From: Candidatus Bathyarchaeia archaeon
Lineage (GTDB): Archaea > Thermoproteota > Bathyarchaeia > 40CM-2-53-6
Assembly: GCA_050012795.1 (NCBI GenBank)
Contig: JBEKGM010000020.1
Span: 7,162-71,161, forward strand
Direction of reading: 5' to 3'
Length of the DNA stretch: 64,000 nucleotides
The notes under the pieces were generated by a model. The model did no database searches, had not been told where the DNA came from, and saw only the letters and a program-made list of their open reading frames with translations. The position numbers and the translations under genes are program-made. Below, in pieces: positions 9,306 through 18,840 of this stretch (position 1 is the stretch's first letter; each line of letters starts with the position of its first letter).

Positions 9306-9905
9306 ATGAACATGCAATTCGTGAAGGCGAAATTGAGGCGATTCGCTATCCTTGGACGCATGTATGATAGGGGACTTCAATATCGTGCGGGCTTCACTAT
9401 TGTTTTCATTCTTTGGGTAGGTTACATACCGTCTCATAGACTACGGCTGTTGATTTACCGTCTGCTGGGGCTGCGTGTCGGAGAGAAGTCGACGATATAC
9501 GGCCGTGCAGAGCTGCATTCGCCACGCGGGATTTCAATAGGACACGACACCATGATCGGTAGCTGCGCGATATTGGACGGCCGCGGCGAACTAGTTATCG
9601 GTAATAATGTCAATTTCAGCAACGCCGTCTGGATATGGACGGAGCAGCACGACAAGGACGACCCATACTTCTCCGCAATCAAGGGCAGAGTTGTCATCGA
9701 GGATTATGCATGGATTTCGTGTCGCACTACGATCCTGCCAGGTGTCACGATCGGAAAGGGCGCCGTGGTATGTGCGGGAGCAGTAGTTACGAAAGACGTT
9801 CGACCCTATGAGGTAGTCGCTGGCGTGCCCGCGAGGAAGATTGGTGACCGCCCCAAAGACCTTCGCTATCAATTAGGTGATTACCCGCCGCTCCCCTTCT
9901 TCTGA
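9306..9905 (+). CDS. Hexapeptide-repeat (left-handed beta-helix) sugar O-acyltransferase
   Basis: ILPGVTIGKGAVVCAGAVVTKDV...GVPARKI. Confidence 0.9.
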   Translation: MNMQFVKAKLRRFAILGRMYDRGLQYRAGFTIVFILWVGYIPSHRLRLLIYRLLGLRVGEKSTIYGRAELHSPRGISIGHDTMIGSCAILDGRGELVIGNNVNFSNAVWIWTEQHDKDDPYFSAIKGRVVIEDYAWISCRTTILPGVTIGKGAVVCAGAVVTKDVRPYEVVAGVPARKIGDRPKDLRYQLGDYPPLPFF

Positions 9906-10120
9906 GCCTTCTCAAGGGGAACTTGCTGGTCCGTTCAGTCAGGTCTTACGTGTGAAGTACGATCTGATTTCTTTCGCGAGGACTCGGAGATCAGTGTTGG
10001 GCAAGAATGTTAGAGAACGCCAATAAGCACACAACCATGAAGAAGTAAAGTCCAAGCGGTTAAGACTCGTGCTAACCAAAAAGTTCTTGCAGAACTGGCC
10101 TCGATTGAACCAAAGCGGAA

Positions 10121-11296
10121 TTGATTGGTGTGCGGAGAGTTGCCATTTGTCTGAGAAAAATAAAAAATGATGATACGGGGGGCGCTGAAACAGTAGCGTA
10201 CAGAATCCTTGGCAAGCTGGAAGCCGAAGGGATTCGTGCGGAGATTCTATGGGTTCCGGATACGTTCCTTACGAGGACCATACCCAAAAGATTCGTGAAA
10301 CAATCCGTTCTAGCTAAGATGGCGCTGAGTATCCTAACGGTCTTAGATGTCTGGCTCAACTTCGCCATCACAAGTCTACGTCACCTAGACTACGACTTGG
10401 TACTCACATTGCAATGGAACACATTGTATCTGAGACATAGCAATATGATGGTATACTTCCTCTCTCACGACCGTAATGCGTATGATCTTTACGATTACAC
10501 TTCACGTTACCTGAATACCTTCGGCAAGATTACTTTGTTCTTGGCCGCCATTAGCCGAAGATTAGTCGATAGAAGCGTTATTGCTAAGATTAGAAATGGG
10601 AGAATTCCTGTCTTTGCGATAAGCAGAAACGTGGCAAATCGCCTCGAAAAATATTGGCGGATCCAAGCGAGTAGAATCATATACCCAGGAGGATACGAGC
10701 CAGACATCTTCTACGACGAATCCAGAGAATACGTATTGTACTTCGGAAGGCTGGACTGGAACATTAAGAGACTTTCGTTAGTTTACGATGTGGCACGTAT
10801 GTTGCCTGAAATACCATTCGTGGTGGCTGGAGGCCCTCTCCATCAATCCGTCGATACTCACATTCTACGCCCCCCTGACAATGTGAGATTGGAACTCTTC
10901 AACGGCCTGTGCCCGATCAACAGCAAAGCGAGAATATATTCACGATCTTCGTGTGTGCTCTATCCTTCGCGAGATGAAGATTTTGGCATAGTGCCCGTGG
11001 AAGCGATGTCTGCTGGCAAGCCGTGCGTTGCATGTACAGATGGAGGGGGCGTTACCGAAACGATTATTCACGGACAGACCGGCCTTATCGTAGCACCCAC
11101 CCCTGAAGCGTTGGCGGTTGCAGTAAAACACCTTCATCGTTACGGTGCATCTATGAAGCGAGCGTGTGAGGAGCGAGCAAGAATATTCTCATGGGACAGA
11201 TGTCTTAGCGAACTGTCCTCAGAAATCCAATCATTGATTAACCTGAGGGCCGAAGAATCCAGAGATCAACATTTTGAATGTAACTCATCCCACTGA
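10121..11296 (+). CDS. Glycosyltransferase family 4
   Basis: EDFGIVPVEAMSAGKP (Ex7E). Confidence 0.9.
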   Translation: MIGVRRVAICLRKIKNDDTGGAETVAYRILGKLEAEGIRAEILWVPDTFLTRTIPKRFVKQSVLAKMALSILTVLDVWLNFAITSLRHLDYDLVLTLQWNTLYLRHSNMMVYFLSHDRNAYDLYDYTSRYLNTFGKITLFLAAISRRLVDRSVIAKIRNGRIPVFAISRNVANRLEKYWRIQASRIIYPGGYEPDIFYDESREYVLYFGRLDWNIKRLSLVYDVARMLPEIPFVVAGGPLHQSVDTHILRPPDNVRLELFNGLCPINSKARIYSRSSCVLYPSRDEDFGIVPVEAMSAGKPCVACTDGGGVTETIIHGQTGLIVAPTPEALAVAVKHLHRYGASMKRACEERARIFSWDRCLSELSSEIQSLINLRAEESRDQHFECNSSH

Positions 11297-11524
11297 CGGT
11301 ACTCATCGAAGTTTGGTATGTGAAATAGTCTGGCAGTTGCCGCTGCACGATCCAAGTCGGCATCAATGACACCGGTTACAGACAGGCTTGGAACCATTCC
11401 GGCGGCACGCAAGTGGATATTCTTGGCTCACTAGCTTGACGACAATGCGATTCGCATGCTTGCGAAATTAGATCATGGGAGCGAATCTCGACGAGGACTT
11501 GCGTCGACTTCTCCATGCCGTAGA

Positions 11525-12484
11525 TTAGTGCAGATCAGAACTTCCCCACGATTCAACGACTCGAGCTATTCCCTCATCAAGCCCAACCGAAGGTGTCCAC
11601 CCCAAATGCGACCTAATCTTTGAACTATCAAGCACTATGTAATCGGTGTCCAATTTAGCCGGACGCACAGGGTAGCCTGGAGGATAGCTACCGGCGGCAA
11701 TCTTCCCTTTGAAGCCCACAATCTCCCCAATCTTCCGTGCCAGTTCAATATTACTAACTGGGTTACCCGGTGAAACATTGAATGTTCCATTCACTGAGTC
11801 AGTTCTGTTCAATGCTTTGACGTAAGCGTCAACGTGATCATCAACCAACATGTAGTCACGGATATGCTCTGGAGCACCAACGTACACCGTTCGGTTGGCA
11901 AGCATGGAACTAATTACGTATTCCACAAAAAAACCATGCTCATGCAGCCTGCCGTACGTGTTATTGGAACGAAGAACCGTCGCTCTCAATCCATAAATTC
12001 TGGTGGCCATTTGAACGTATGAATCGGCTGCCGCCTTTGAGACAGCATACGGCGACGACGGATTGAGTTTCGTCTCTTCTAGAATCGGTCGATGATCCTG
12101 CCAACCATACACTTCTGCGGAGGATGCCAAAATCAGTCTACTCTTCGGTGATCCATCAATGATCGCATGAGCGACGTTCATTGAACCTTCGAAGTTCACC
12201 TTGAAGTAAGGAAACGGATTCTCAAAACTATATCTCACCGGCGTAAGTGCTCCTAGATGGACCACGACGTCCGGGGCACTGAATTCGATCGATGACCGTA
12301 CTGAATGATACTCTCCGAGCTCCCCCTCAACGAATCTCACTTTGTCAAGTATGGATTCAAGCGGACGGAGTGCTGATCTTGAGACGTGTCTCACTAATCC
12401 ATACACATCATACCCCTCAGAGACTAATCGCTGTGCAAGATTGCTTCCAATGAAGCCAGTAATCCCCGTGATCAAGACTGACAA
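11525..12484 (-). CDS. NAD-dependent nucleotide-sugar epimerase/dehydratase (GDP-mannose/dTDP-glucose 4,6-dehydratase-like)
   Basis: GITGFIG, SSAEVYG, YAVSK. Confidence 0.9.
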   Translation of the reverse strand: MSVLITGITGFIGSNLAQRLVSEGYDVYGLVRHVSRSALRPLESILDKVRFVEGELGEYHSVRSSIEFSAPDVVVHLGALTPVRYSFENPFPYFKVNFEGSMNVAHAIIDGSPKSRLILASSAEVYGWQDHRPILEETKLNPSSPYAVSKAAADSYVQMATRIYGLRATVLRSNNTYGRLHEHGFFVEYVISSMLANRTVYVGAPEHIRDYMLVDDHVDAYVKALNRTDSVNGTFNVSPGNPVSNIELARKIGEIVGFKGKIAAGSYPPGYPVRPAKLDTDYIVLDSSKIRSHLGWTPSVGLDEGIARVVESWGSSDLH

Positions 12485-13189
12485 TTAACTCACTCCTCTC
12501 AGTAGTCTCTCAACGTCGTCAAGATCCTTAAGGGTATTAATAGTGACCCAGAAACCGTCATACACGTATGCCTTCAGTTTCCGCATGGACGCGAGGCGTG
12601 GAAAGAGTGTACGCTCCATGTCACCACGAGGAGGAAGGTACTCGAGAACTTGCCTAGAGAAAATGTAGGTTCCTATACTCACGTAGTGTGCCATGAGAGT
12701 TGGCTTTTCTCGAAAGCGAAGAATATTCGTCCCGTCAATTTCGACTACACCAAAGGGACTTCTAAGAGGACCAACAGCCAAAGTCGCAATGCCTCCGCTT
12801 GCAAGATGGCTCGCCAGAAATTCCTTCGTATTGATCCTGACAAGCTCGTCGCCATTCATCGCAAGAAACACGCCATCCTTGACGTGTCTTTCGATGGCGA
12901 GCCTAAATCCTTCGCCTGTCCCTCCCTCAACTGAGTGTACACTGTACTTTATCGTAACACCGAAATCCTTTCCGTTTCCGAAATAGTCAATTATCTTTTC
13001 ATTCTTGTAGGCAACTCCAACCACTATGTTTGAGATGCCGTTAAATTTCAGCCACTCAATTATCCACTGTAGTAGCGGCTTGCCGGCGACCATTATCATG
13101 GCCTTTGGAATATCGTCTGTGAGGGGCCTCAGTCTTAGGCCGGCTCCTCCTGCAAGTATTACGGCTGTTTCAATTTTGTTGACGGTCAT
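12485..13189 (-). CDS. Sugar-phosphate nucleotidyltransferase
   Basis: LAGGAGLRLRPLTDDIPKAM. Confidence 0.9.
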   Translation of the reverse strand: MTVNKIETAVILAGGAGLRLRPLTDDIPKAMIMVAGKPLLQWIIEWLKFNGISNIVVGVAYKNEKIIDYFGNGKDFGVTIKYSVHSVEGGTGEGFRLAIERHVKDGVFLAMNGDELVRINTKEFLASHLASGGIATLAVGPLRSPFGVVEIDGTNILRFREKPTLMAHYVSIGTYIFSRQVLEYLPPRGDMERTLFPRLASMRKLKAYVYDGFWVTINTLKDLDDVERLLRGVS

Positions 13190-13449
13190 CTATCCCGTTC
13201 CGATTTGATCAAATTCGGAATCATTTAAGATTCCGGTATGACTCGTCCACAAAGTCATTTCTCGAACTACGATATCCGACTCAGTTTCCTCGGCGGATCC
13301 AGTTTGACGAGGCGATGTTGAACCCTAGGGTAAGCTTGGAGTCCCGAGTCGGATCAGTTAGCGAGTCATATCATGCTATATACACCGGAGATTGATCACA
13401 TTAAGAATGACCTTCAAGCAGCTTCAAACCGAAATGAAATTGCTTCAAA

Positions 13450-15015
13450 GTGAATCTGTACTTGACCGAAACCAGAGACAATCAAATTACCGGAGAAGAA
13501 TTGATCCAACGAGTGCGTCAGACTTTCGCGATTCAGGATGCGCCCAGGCCAAGATTCCTCTATGAATATGTGAATGATATCCTAAGCCAGATTGTGAAAG
13601 ACGTTCAACCATACTCAAAACTACCCGTTGTCAAGCATCTTCCACCTAAGATTCATGAGTTGGCTATCAGATTGCTGGCTCACCAAATTGTGTCCACAAA
13701 TCCTCAGCCTAGAGTCCACACTTTCTCAACAACCACTCACCTACGAGCCCGACGTCTGAAAGGCCGGATTCTGGGCGTGTTGCCATATCCAATATCAGAT
13801 CCGAAACACGGAGGCCAGTTCAGAGCCCATGATATCTACTCCAATCTTTCAAAAGACTTCGAAATAATAGCGCTCTCAATGGGAATAGGCGCATTGGAAA
13901 CGCAGATAACACCGAATCTTCGTGACATTTGCATTCCGATACCAGAGAAGGTTGCTAAAGCCCAAAGAGCTCTAGCAATGCACATTGGCAATGTGGCGAC
14001 ACGCGTCGCTTTGGTAGGCAACTACTCGCGTTCGGAACCGTTTATGCGCAAATTTGATGAGTTGTCAGATGCCGCGGACATTGTAATCTTCTCACATCCT
14101 TATTTTTTCCAACTTGAAAACAGATTGTCTAAAGAAAAGATTGTTGCGTATGATTGCGTAGATGTAGAGTATGATCTCTTCAAATCCTTACTCAAAGGGC
14201 AGTCAGAGACAAAGTACGCTGCTCGCGTTATGAAAATCGCAGACGACATCGAGCGAAACGCCTGTCAAAGAAGCGACCTGATCTTTGTGACCTGTGCGGA
14301 GCAGGGGGTCCGACTTAGGAAGCTCTACCAAATCAATTCCAACAAGATACACATCGTGCCAAACCCTATTGAGACGCTACAAAGCCCAAATAAGACAGGT
14401 GATGAAACACGCGAAAAGCGCAAAGCTGAGCTAGGACTAGGGAATAATCCAATTGTCCTTTATCTCGCTAGCTGGCATCCACCTCATTTGAAATCACTTG
14501 GATTCATATTGAGCAAACTCGTAACCAAACATCCGGAGTGGACGTTCCTTATACTCGGAACTATTGCGGATGAGCTATCGAAACCCTATATGAAGAAGCG
14601 ATTGCCGAAGAACGTAATCGCTTACGCAAATCCTACTCCTCGCGAAAAATCAGAAATATTCAAAGCTGTTGACATCGCGATTAATCCTTCAACGTACGGC
14701 TCTGGAACTGAAATCAAAATACTAGTCTACATGATGGCGGGCCTACCAATTGTTACTACACAAACTGGCGTTCGAGGTCTAAATGTCCGTGACAGATACC
14801 ATGTCATTATTTCTGACCCAGATAACTTAGGAGCCAACATACAGAGACTACTGAAGAATGATCATCTCCGCAACAAGATCATCGCTAACTCACGTAGATT
14901 CGTAAAGAAATACGATGCTCACGAAATTGCGAATGACGTATCATCAATCTTACTCTCCACATTAGAACTTTCCACCAAAGAAAACCCGGAGGTCAAACTT
15001 CACGACTGCAATTGA
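13450..15015 (+). CDS. Glycosyltransferase family 4 with N-terminal extension
   Basis: PYPISDPKHGGQFR; GSGTEIKILVYMMAGLPIVTT. Confidence 0.85.
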   Translation: MNLYLTETRDNQITGEELIQRVRQTFAIQDAPRPRFLYEYVNDILSQIVKDVQPYSKLPVVKHLPPKIHELAIRLLAHQIVSTNPQPRVHTFSTTTHLRARRLKGRILGVLPYPISDPKHGGQFRAHDIYSNLSKDFEIIALSMGIGALETQITPNLRDICIPIPEKVAKAQRALAMHIGNVATRVALVGNYSRSEPFMRKFDELSDAADIVIFSHPYFFQLENRLSKEKIVAYDCVDVEYDLFKSLLKGQSETKYAARVMKIADDIERNACQRSDLIFVTCAEQGVRLRKLYQINSNKIHIVPNPIETLQSPNKTGDETREKRKAELGLGNNPIVLYLASWHPPHLKSLGFILSKLVTKHPEWTFLILGTIADELSKPYMKKRLPKNVIAYANPTPREKSEIFKAVDIAINPSTYGSGTEIKILVYMMAGLPIVTTQTGVRGLNVRDRYHVIISDPDNLGANIQRLLKNDHLRNKIIANSRRFVKKYDAHEIANDVSSILLSTLELSTKENPEVKLHDCN

Positions 15016-15064
15016 AACCGTCACGAACGCTGGGGTTCGCAATTCCACTTGAGCCCCCTATGGG

Positions 15065-16336
15065 TTGTTTGGGTTGAAAGCCAGAGTATGCATGTTACAT
15101 AGGTTGACAATTGGGCGTGGAGGAGCAGAGCGGCTACTCTTTACACTCTCCCAGGGTCTGCGTCACTTAGGTTACGTTGTAGATATCTACGTACTGATGG
15201 ATTCTCCCTCCCACTGCTATCCTGAATTACGCGATGGCCTCAAAGTCATTGCAACCAAAGGAATTTCGTTTAGGCAGATCTTTGCGGCGACTCCTGCAAT
15301 TCAAGCCCTAGAAATAGCGAATGAAGTCAAAGACAATTATGACATTATCCATGCACACAACTTTCCTTCAAACATAGCCGCAACATTTGTTGCGTCCAAG
15401 CTTGGGATCCCATTCATTTGGCAATGCAATGAGCCCCACCGGATACTGCATGACAGAGCTGAACGAAGGCGTTACATCAAACGCGCGACTACGGAGTCTA
15501 TCTCGAACTGCATTATGCAACTCGGAGCACTCCAAGTACTCAGATTCTCGACGAAAGCACTTGATTTAATTGCAGCGAACAGAGCTTTCGCGGTGACCGC
15601 GTTGAGCAATTATGAAGCCGAGATGCTACGAGGTATTTACAATATCAAACCCATAGTGATCCATCCGGGTGCTGACAGCGTTAAATTCTGCAAGGATGCG
15701 GACAGGCGTAACGTGAGAGAGAAATTTGGAATTGGAGACGCGCCTCTGATATTAACGGTAAGCAGGCTGTGGCCAGCAAAGAATTTGGAAACATCCCTCA
15801 GAGCATTCCGTTTGGTCCTCCAAGCGTTGCCTTCTGCATATTACATGATAGTTGGTGACGGCCCTTGCAAATGGAATTTGCTTGAATTGTCAAAGCGACT
15901 GCGTATTGATCAACGATGCATTTTCGTAGATGATCTTGATGTTGGTGATAGGGTAGACCTCTTCTACGCAGCCTGTGATGCTTATTTGTTCACTGCTATC
16001 GGAGAGCCATGGGGATTGACTGTGTTAGAGGCTATGCAGATGGCAAAACCAGTTGTGGCTTCGACAGATGGAGGTTTGACTGATCTGATTCAAGACCATA
16101 GAAGCGGCATTTTGGTCAACCCACTAGCGCCACATGAAATCGCTCACCACCTGATAGAAGTAATGACTAACTCGGCGCTGGCTAGCTCACTAGGAACTGC
16201 GGCCACTGCGACTGCATCCCAATACTCCTGGAAAAGAATGGTACACGCCTACGACATCCTTTACCAAGAAGCTATCTCAAGGAAAATGCGGAAAACAAGG
16301 ATTAGCGGTGCAGGGCTGAAGACGCTACGAAAATAG
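15065..16336 (+). CDS. Glycosyltransferase family 4
   Basis: GGAER, EPWGLTVLEAMQMAKPVV. Confidence 0.9.
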   Translation: MFGLKARVCMLHRLTIGRGGAERLLFTLSQGLRHLGYVVDIYVLMDSPSHCYPELRDGLKVIATKGISFRQIFAATPAIQALEIANEVKDNYDIIHAHNFPSNIAATFVASKLGIPFIWQCNEPHRILHDRAERRRYIKRATTESISNCIMQLGALQVLRFSTKALDLIAANRAFAVTALSNYEAEMLRGIYNIKPIVIHPGADSVKFCKDADRRNVREKFGIGDAPLILTVSRLWPAKNLETSLRAFRLVLQALPSAYYMIVGDGPCKWNLLELSKRLRIDQRCIFVDDLDVGDRVDLFYAACDAYLFTAIGEPWGLTVLEAMQMAKPVVASTDGGLTDLIQDHRSGILVNPLAPHEIAHHLIEVMTNSALASSLGTAATATASQYSWKRMVHAYDILYQEAISRKMRKTRISGAGLKTLRK

Positions 16337-16443
16337 TCATTGTCAATAGTTGCTTTCCTCCTTGGCGCCTGCACCCAGAATATCCGACTCTACGACTTGG
16401 AAGGCGCGTTCGAATCAGTAAGCGAACTTCAACATATCTGTGA

Positions 16444-16620
16444 TTCCTGCAACTTCTTGGACATTCGAGATGAGATCGGAAACTATACGGCAAAATGGAA
16501 ATGATGAAAGAATTCGCACGAGGACTAGGACTAAACCCGGAAGCAATCCTAGTCAAACAAGCATTCACAGAGCCAGACACCAAGTTTGTTGATCCTGTTT
16601 GTTGATCCACAGCAACGAGA
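16444..16620 (+). pseudogene. Possible tyrosine-integrase C-terminal remnant
   Basis: In-frame LLGHS* followed by EMMKEFARGLGLNPEAILVKQAFTEP; internal tttgttgatcc duplication. Confidence 0.4.
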
Positions 16621-16902
16621 AACCATGGAAACTCGTCCATGAAGGTGTGTTCAAAGCTTCCGGACGTGATTCTGGGTGCGAAAAGAGCAGAGCGCTGCAT
16701 TGGGAACCCTTCTACCGGAAGTGTGGGTGAATTTCTATCGGCGTGTAAAAGGCAAGTTCGACGTTAGCAACCTGACACTTCAACCGTTATGAAATCCTGT
16801 TGCGTTTAGTCACGTTCATGCACTGCGCCTCTTCTCTAGCCTGCCGGGGGCTAAGTTTCATTAAACCCTGATCGTCAACGGTTAATCCTCCGTGATGCGG
16901 GC

Positions 16903-17862
16903 ATGCGAAGAATTCTCTTCGGCGCGAACGTTCCGCAAGTGGGGTCCGATTATGATACGGTGAAGAGGGCCGTGTTGGAGTGCGAGAAGCACGGTTTCGA
17001 CTTCGTTTGGATCGCGGACCATTTTCAGGACACTACGCCGTCAAGGCCCTACCTTGAATGCTGGACAACCCTGTCAGCCCTCGCCGCTGAAACCAAGCGG
17101 ATCAGGCTGAGCACGGTTCTCGTGAACAACCTCTTCCGCCACCCCTCACTCCTGGCGAAGATGAGCAGCACGCTTGACGTCATCAGCCGGGGAAGACTGA
17201 ACTTGGGGATAGGGGCAGGGTGGTACTCGGAGGAGTGCAACTCCTTCGGCGTACCGTTCCCGAAGCCTCTTGAGAGAATTCAACGGCTTGAAGAAAGCTT
17301 CGAGATTGTGAAGCGACTCTGGACCCAGGATACCGTCACGTTTCAGGGAAAATACTACTCGTTGAAGGACGCGGTTCTGGAGCCTAAACCCGTCCAGAAG
17401 CCCCATCCACCAATCTGGACTGGTATCATGTATGGGAAACGGCGGATGCTCAACGTAATCGCGAAGCACGCTGACCTCTGGACGATCTCAAGCCTCTACC
17501 TACCCACACCCAAGGAGCATCAAGAGATGAAGAAGGCTCTGGATGAGGCCTGCCGCACCGTTGGGAGGGATCCCAATCAGATTCAGCAAGCCTTAGGCAT
17601 CGGATGCGTCATAGCTGAAGACGAACCTCGATTAAGAGAGAAGGCGGAGAGGTTCAAACCGATATCTCTCAACGTGAAGGACTACTCAACCAAACAGATG
17701 AGACTTGAAGGGACGCCGCAGCAGCTAATCGAGAAGCTTAGGGCGTACACGAGCGTAGGCGTCACGTGCTTCGTAATGAACTTCCCCGACGTCGCCACGC
17801 TCGAACCAGTACGATTATTCTCCGAGAAAGTGATGCCTGCCTTCAGAGGCGAGACCTGTTAG
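16903..17862 (+). CDS. LLM-class flavin/F420-dependent oxidoreductase
   Basis: WIADHF, RHPSLLAKMSSTLDVISRGRLNLGIGAGW, PKPVQKPHPPIW. Confidence 0.92.
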   Translation: MRRILFGANVPQVGSDYDTVKRAVLECEKHGFDFVWIADHFQDTTPSRPYLECWTTLSALAAETKRIRLSTVLVNNLFRHPSLLAKMSSTLDVISRGRLNLGIGAGWYSEECNSFGVPFPKPLERIQRLEESFEIVKRLWTQDTVTFQGKYYSLKDAVLEPKPVQKPHPPIWTGIMYGKRRMLNVIAKHADLWTISSLYLPTPKEHQEMKKALDEACRTVGRDPNQIQQALGIGCVIAEDEPRLREKAERFKPISLNVKDYSTKQMRLEGTPQQLIEKLRAYTSVGVTCFVMNFPDVATLEPVRLFSEKVMPAFRGETC

Positions 17863-17960
17863 GATCCGTTCTCCCTTTCAGCTTTCGAATGTCCGTTGTC
17901 AGAAGGTTTTTGAATTGTACATTGCAGTAGTCATAGGGTTGTTGGGTGGTGAGGTAAGAC

Positions 17961-18068
17961 ATGGTGGATTATGATAATGAGGATGAGGTTGACCCCGACG
18001 TTGATGAGCCTGACGATGACGTTAACGACGTTGACGATAATGATGACGAGGGCATCGACCACTGCTAG
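17961..18068 (+). CDS. 35-aa hyperacidic microprotein MVDYDNEDEVDPDVDEPDDDVNDVDDNDDEGIDHC
   Basis: GGTGAGG SD, ATG, downstream hairpin + T-tract; 19/35 residues D/E. Confidence 0.65.
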   Translation: MVDYDNEDEVDPDVDEPDDDVNDVDDNDDEGIDHC

Positions 18069-18084
18069 CCACATTGATTTTTCC

Positions 18085-18113
18085 GGGACCCCCTGGTCCC
18101 TTTCAGTTTTCTT
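18085..18113 (+). terminator. Hairpin GGGACC-ccct-GGTCCC followed by T-rich tract
   Basis: Seen directly downstream of the acidic micro-ORF. Confidence 0.55.
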
Positions 18114-18173
18114 CCTGTCTTCCCTGATGAGGGAATAAGTATCGTGACCGGTTCTCTCGCCCTCGTTCTTTAC

Positions 18174-18545
18174 TTACCCGCGTAGGTAACTGGTTAATGT
18201 TCGCATGGTTTCGGAAAGCGCGCTAATGAACGGTGTTGAGACGTCTGGATTGAAGCTGAAAATGACGGTGAGGTTCTCAACGCGGAAGAAGACCATCAAT
18301 ACTTTCTCATATCGTACTGTCACGTTATCGAGCTTTCCAAGAAGCGGTTGCAGTTTCTCCACAGCATCCACGATTATTGGCGGCATTAGTTGGACGAAGT
18401 TGTGTTCCTGATCCTTTGTGGTGATGCTCTGGACGCCTTCCCGCATCTTCGACAAGAGAATGTGGAATTGATTGTCAATAATGCCTACGTAGCGGATTCT
18501 ACTGTCTTTCATGAATGCTGCTTCAGCGAATTTCTCAGGATCCAT
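18174..18545 (-). CDS. Roadblock/profilin-like (DUF6659-type) small protein
   Basis: IRYVGIID...KMREG...LGKLDNVTVRYEKV pattern typical of TACK roadblock-like proteins; ORF extends to 18605. Confidence 0.6.
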   Translation of the reverse strand: MDPEKFAEAAFMKDSRIRYVGIIDNQFHILLSKMREGVQSITTKDQEHNFVQLMPPIIVDAVEKLQPLLGKLDNVTVRYEKVLMVFFRVENLTVIFSFNPDVSTPFISALSETMRTLTSYLRG

Positions 18546-18840
18546 TTCAAGACAATGCATGAATGAGGCATATACGCTTTGACTGCTTTCAATTTCACTG
18601 CTCATTCAACTTTCACCCCGCCTAATCATTGTCATTCAGGAAGCGGTGCACATTCACTTCGGACTCAAGCGGATCATACGCTAACTTGACGGGTACGGGG
18701 CCGCCACGACGTTTCGTAGTCTTGTCATCCCGTACTTCTTGGTGGTATGTAGTGCAGAAGATGATACAGACTGTATATTCACAAGTCTAAAGCCAACCCC
18801 TCGAGACAATGACACTTGTATCATTTGAAGGGAATAGAGT

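Noticed and set aside
9167-9367. 66-aa ORF
   Set aside because: Overlaps the acyltransferase start in another frame; no motifs
16302-16700. 132-aa minus-strand ORF
   Set aside because: No recognisable features; the coding-like signal is on the plus strand (integrase-like relic)
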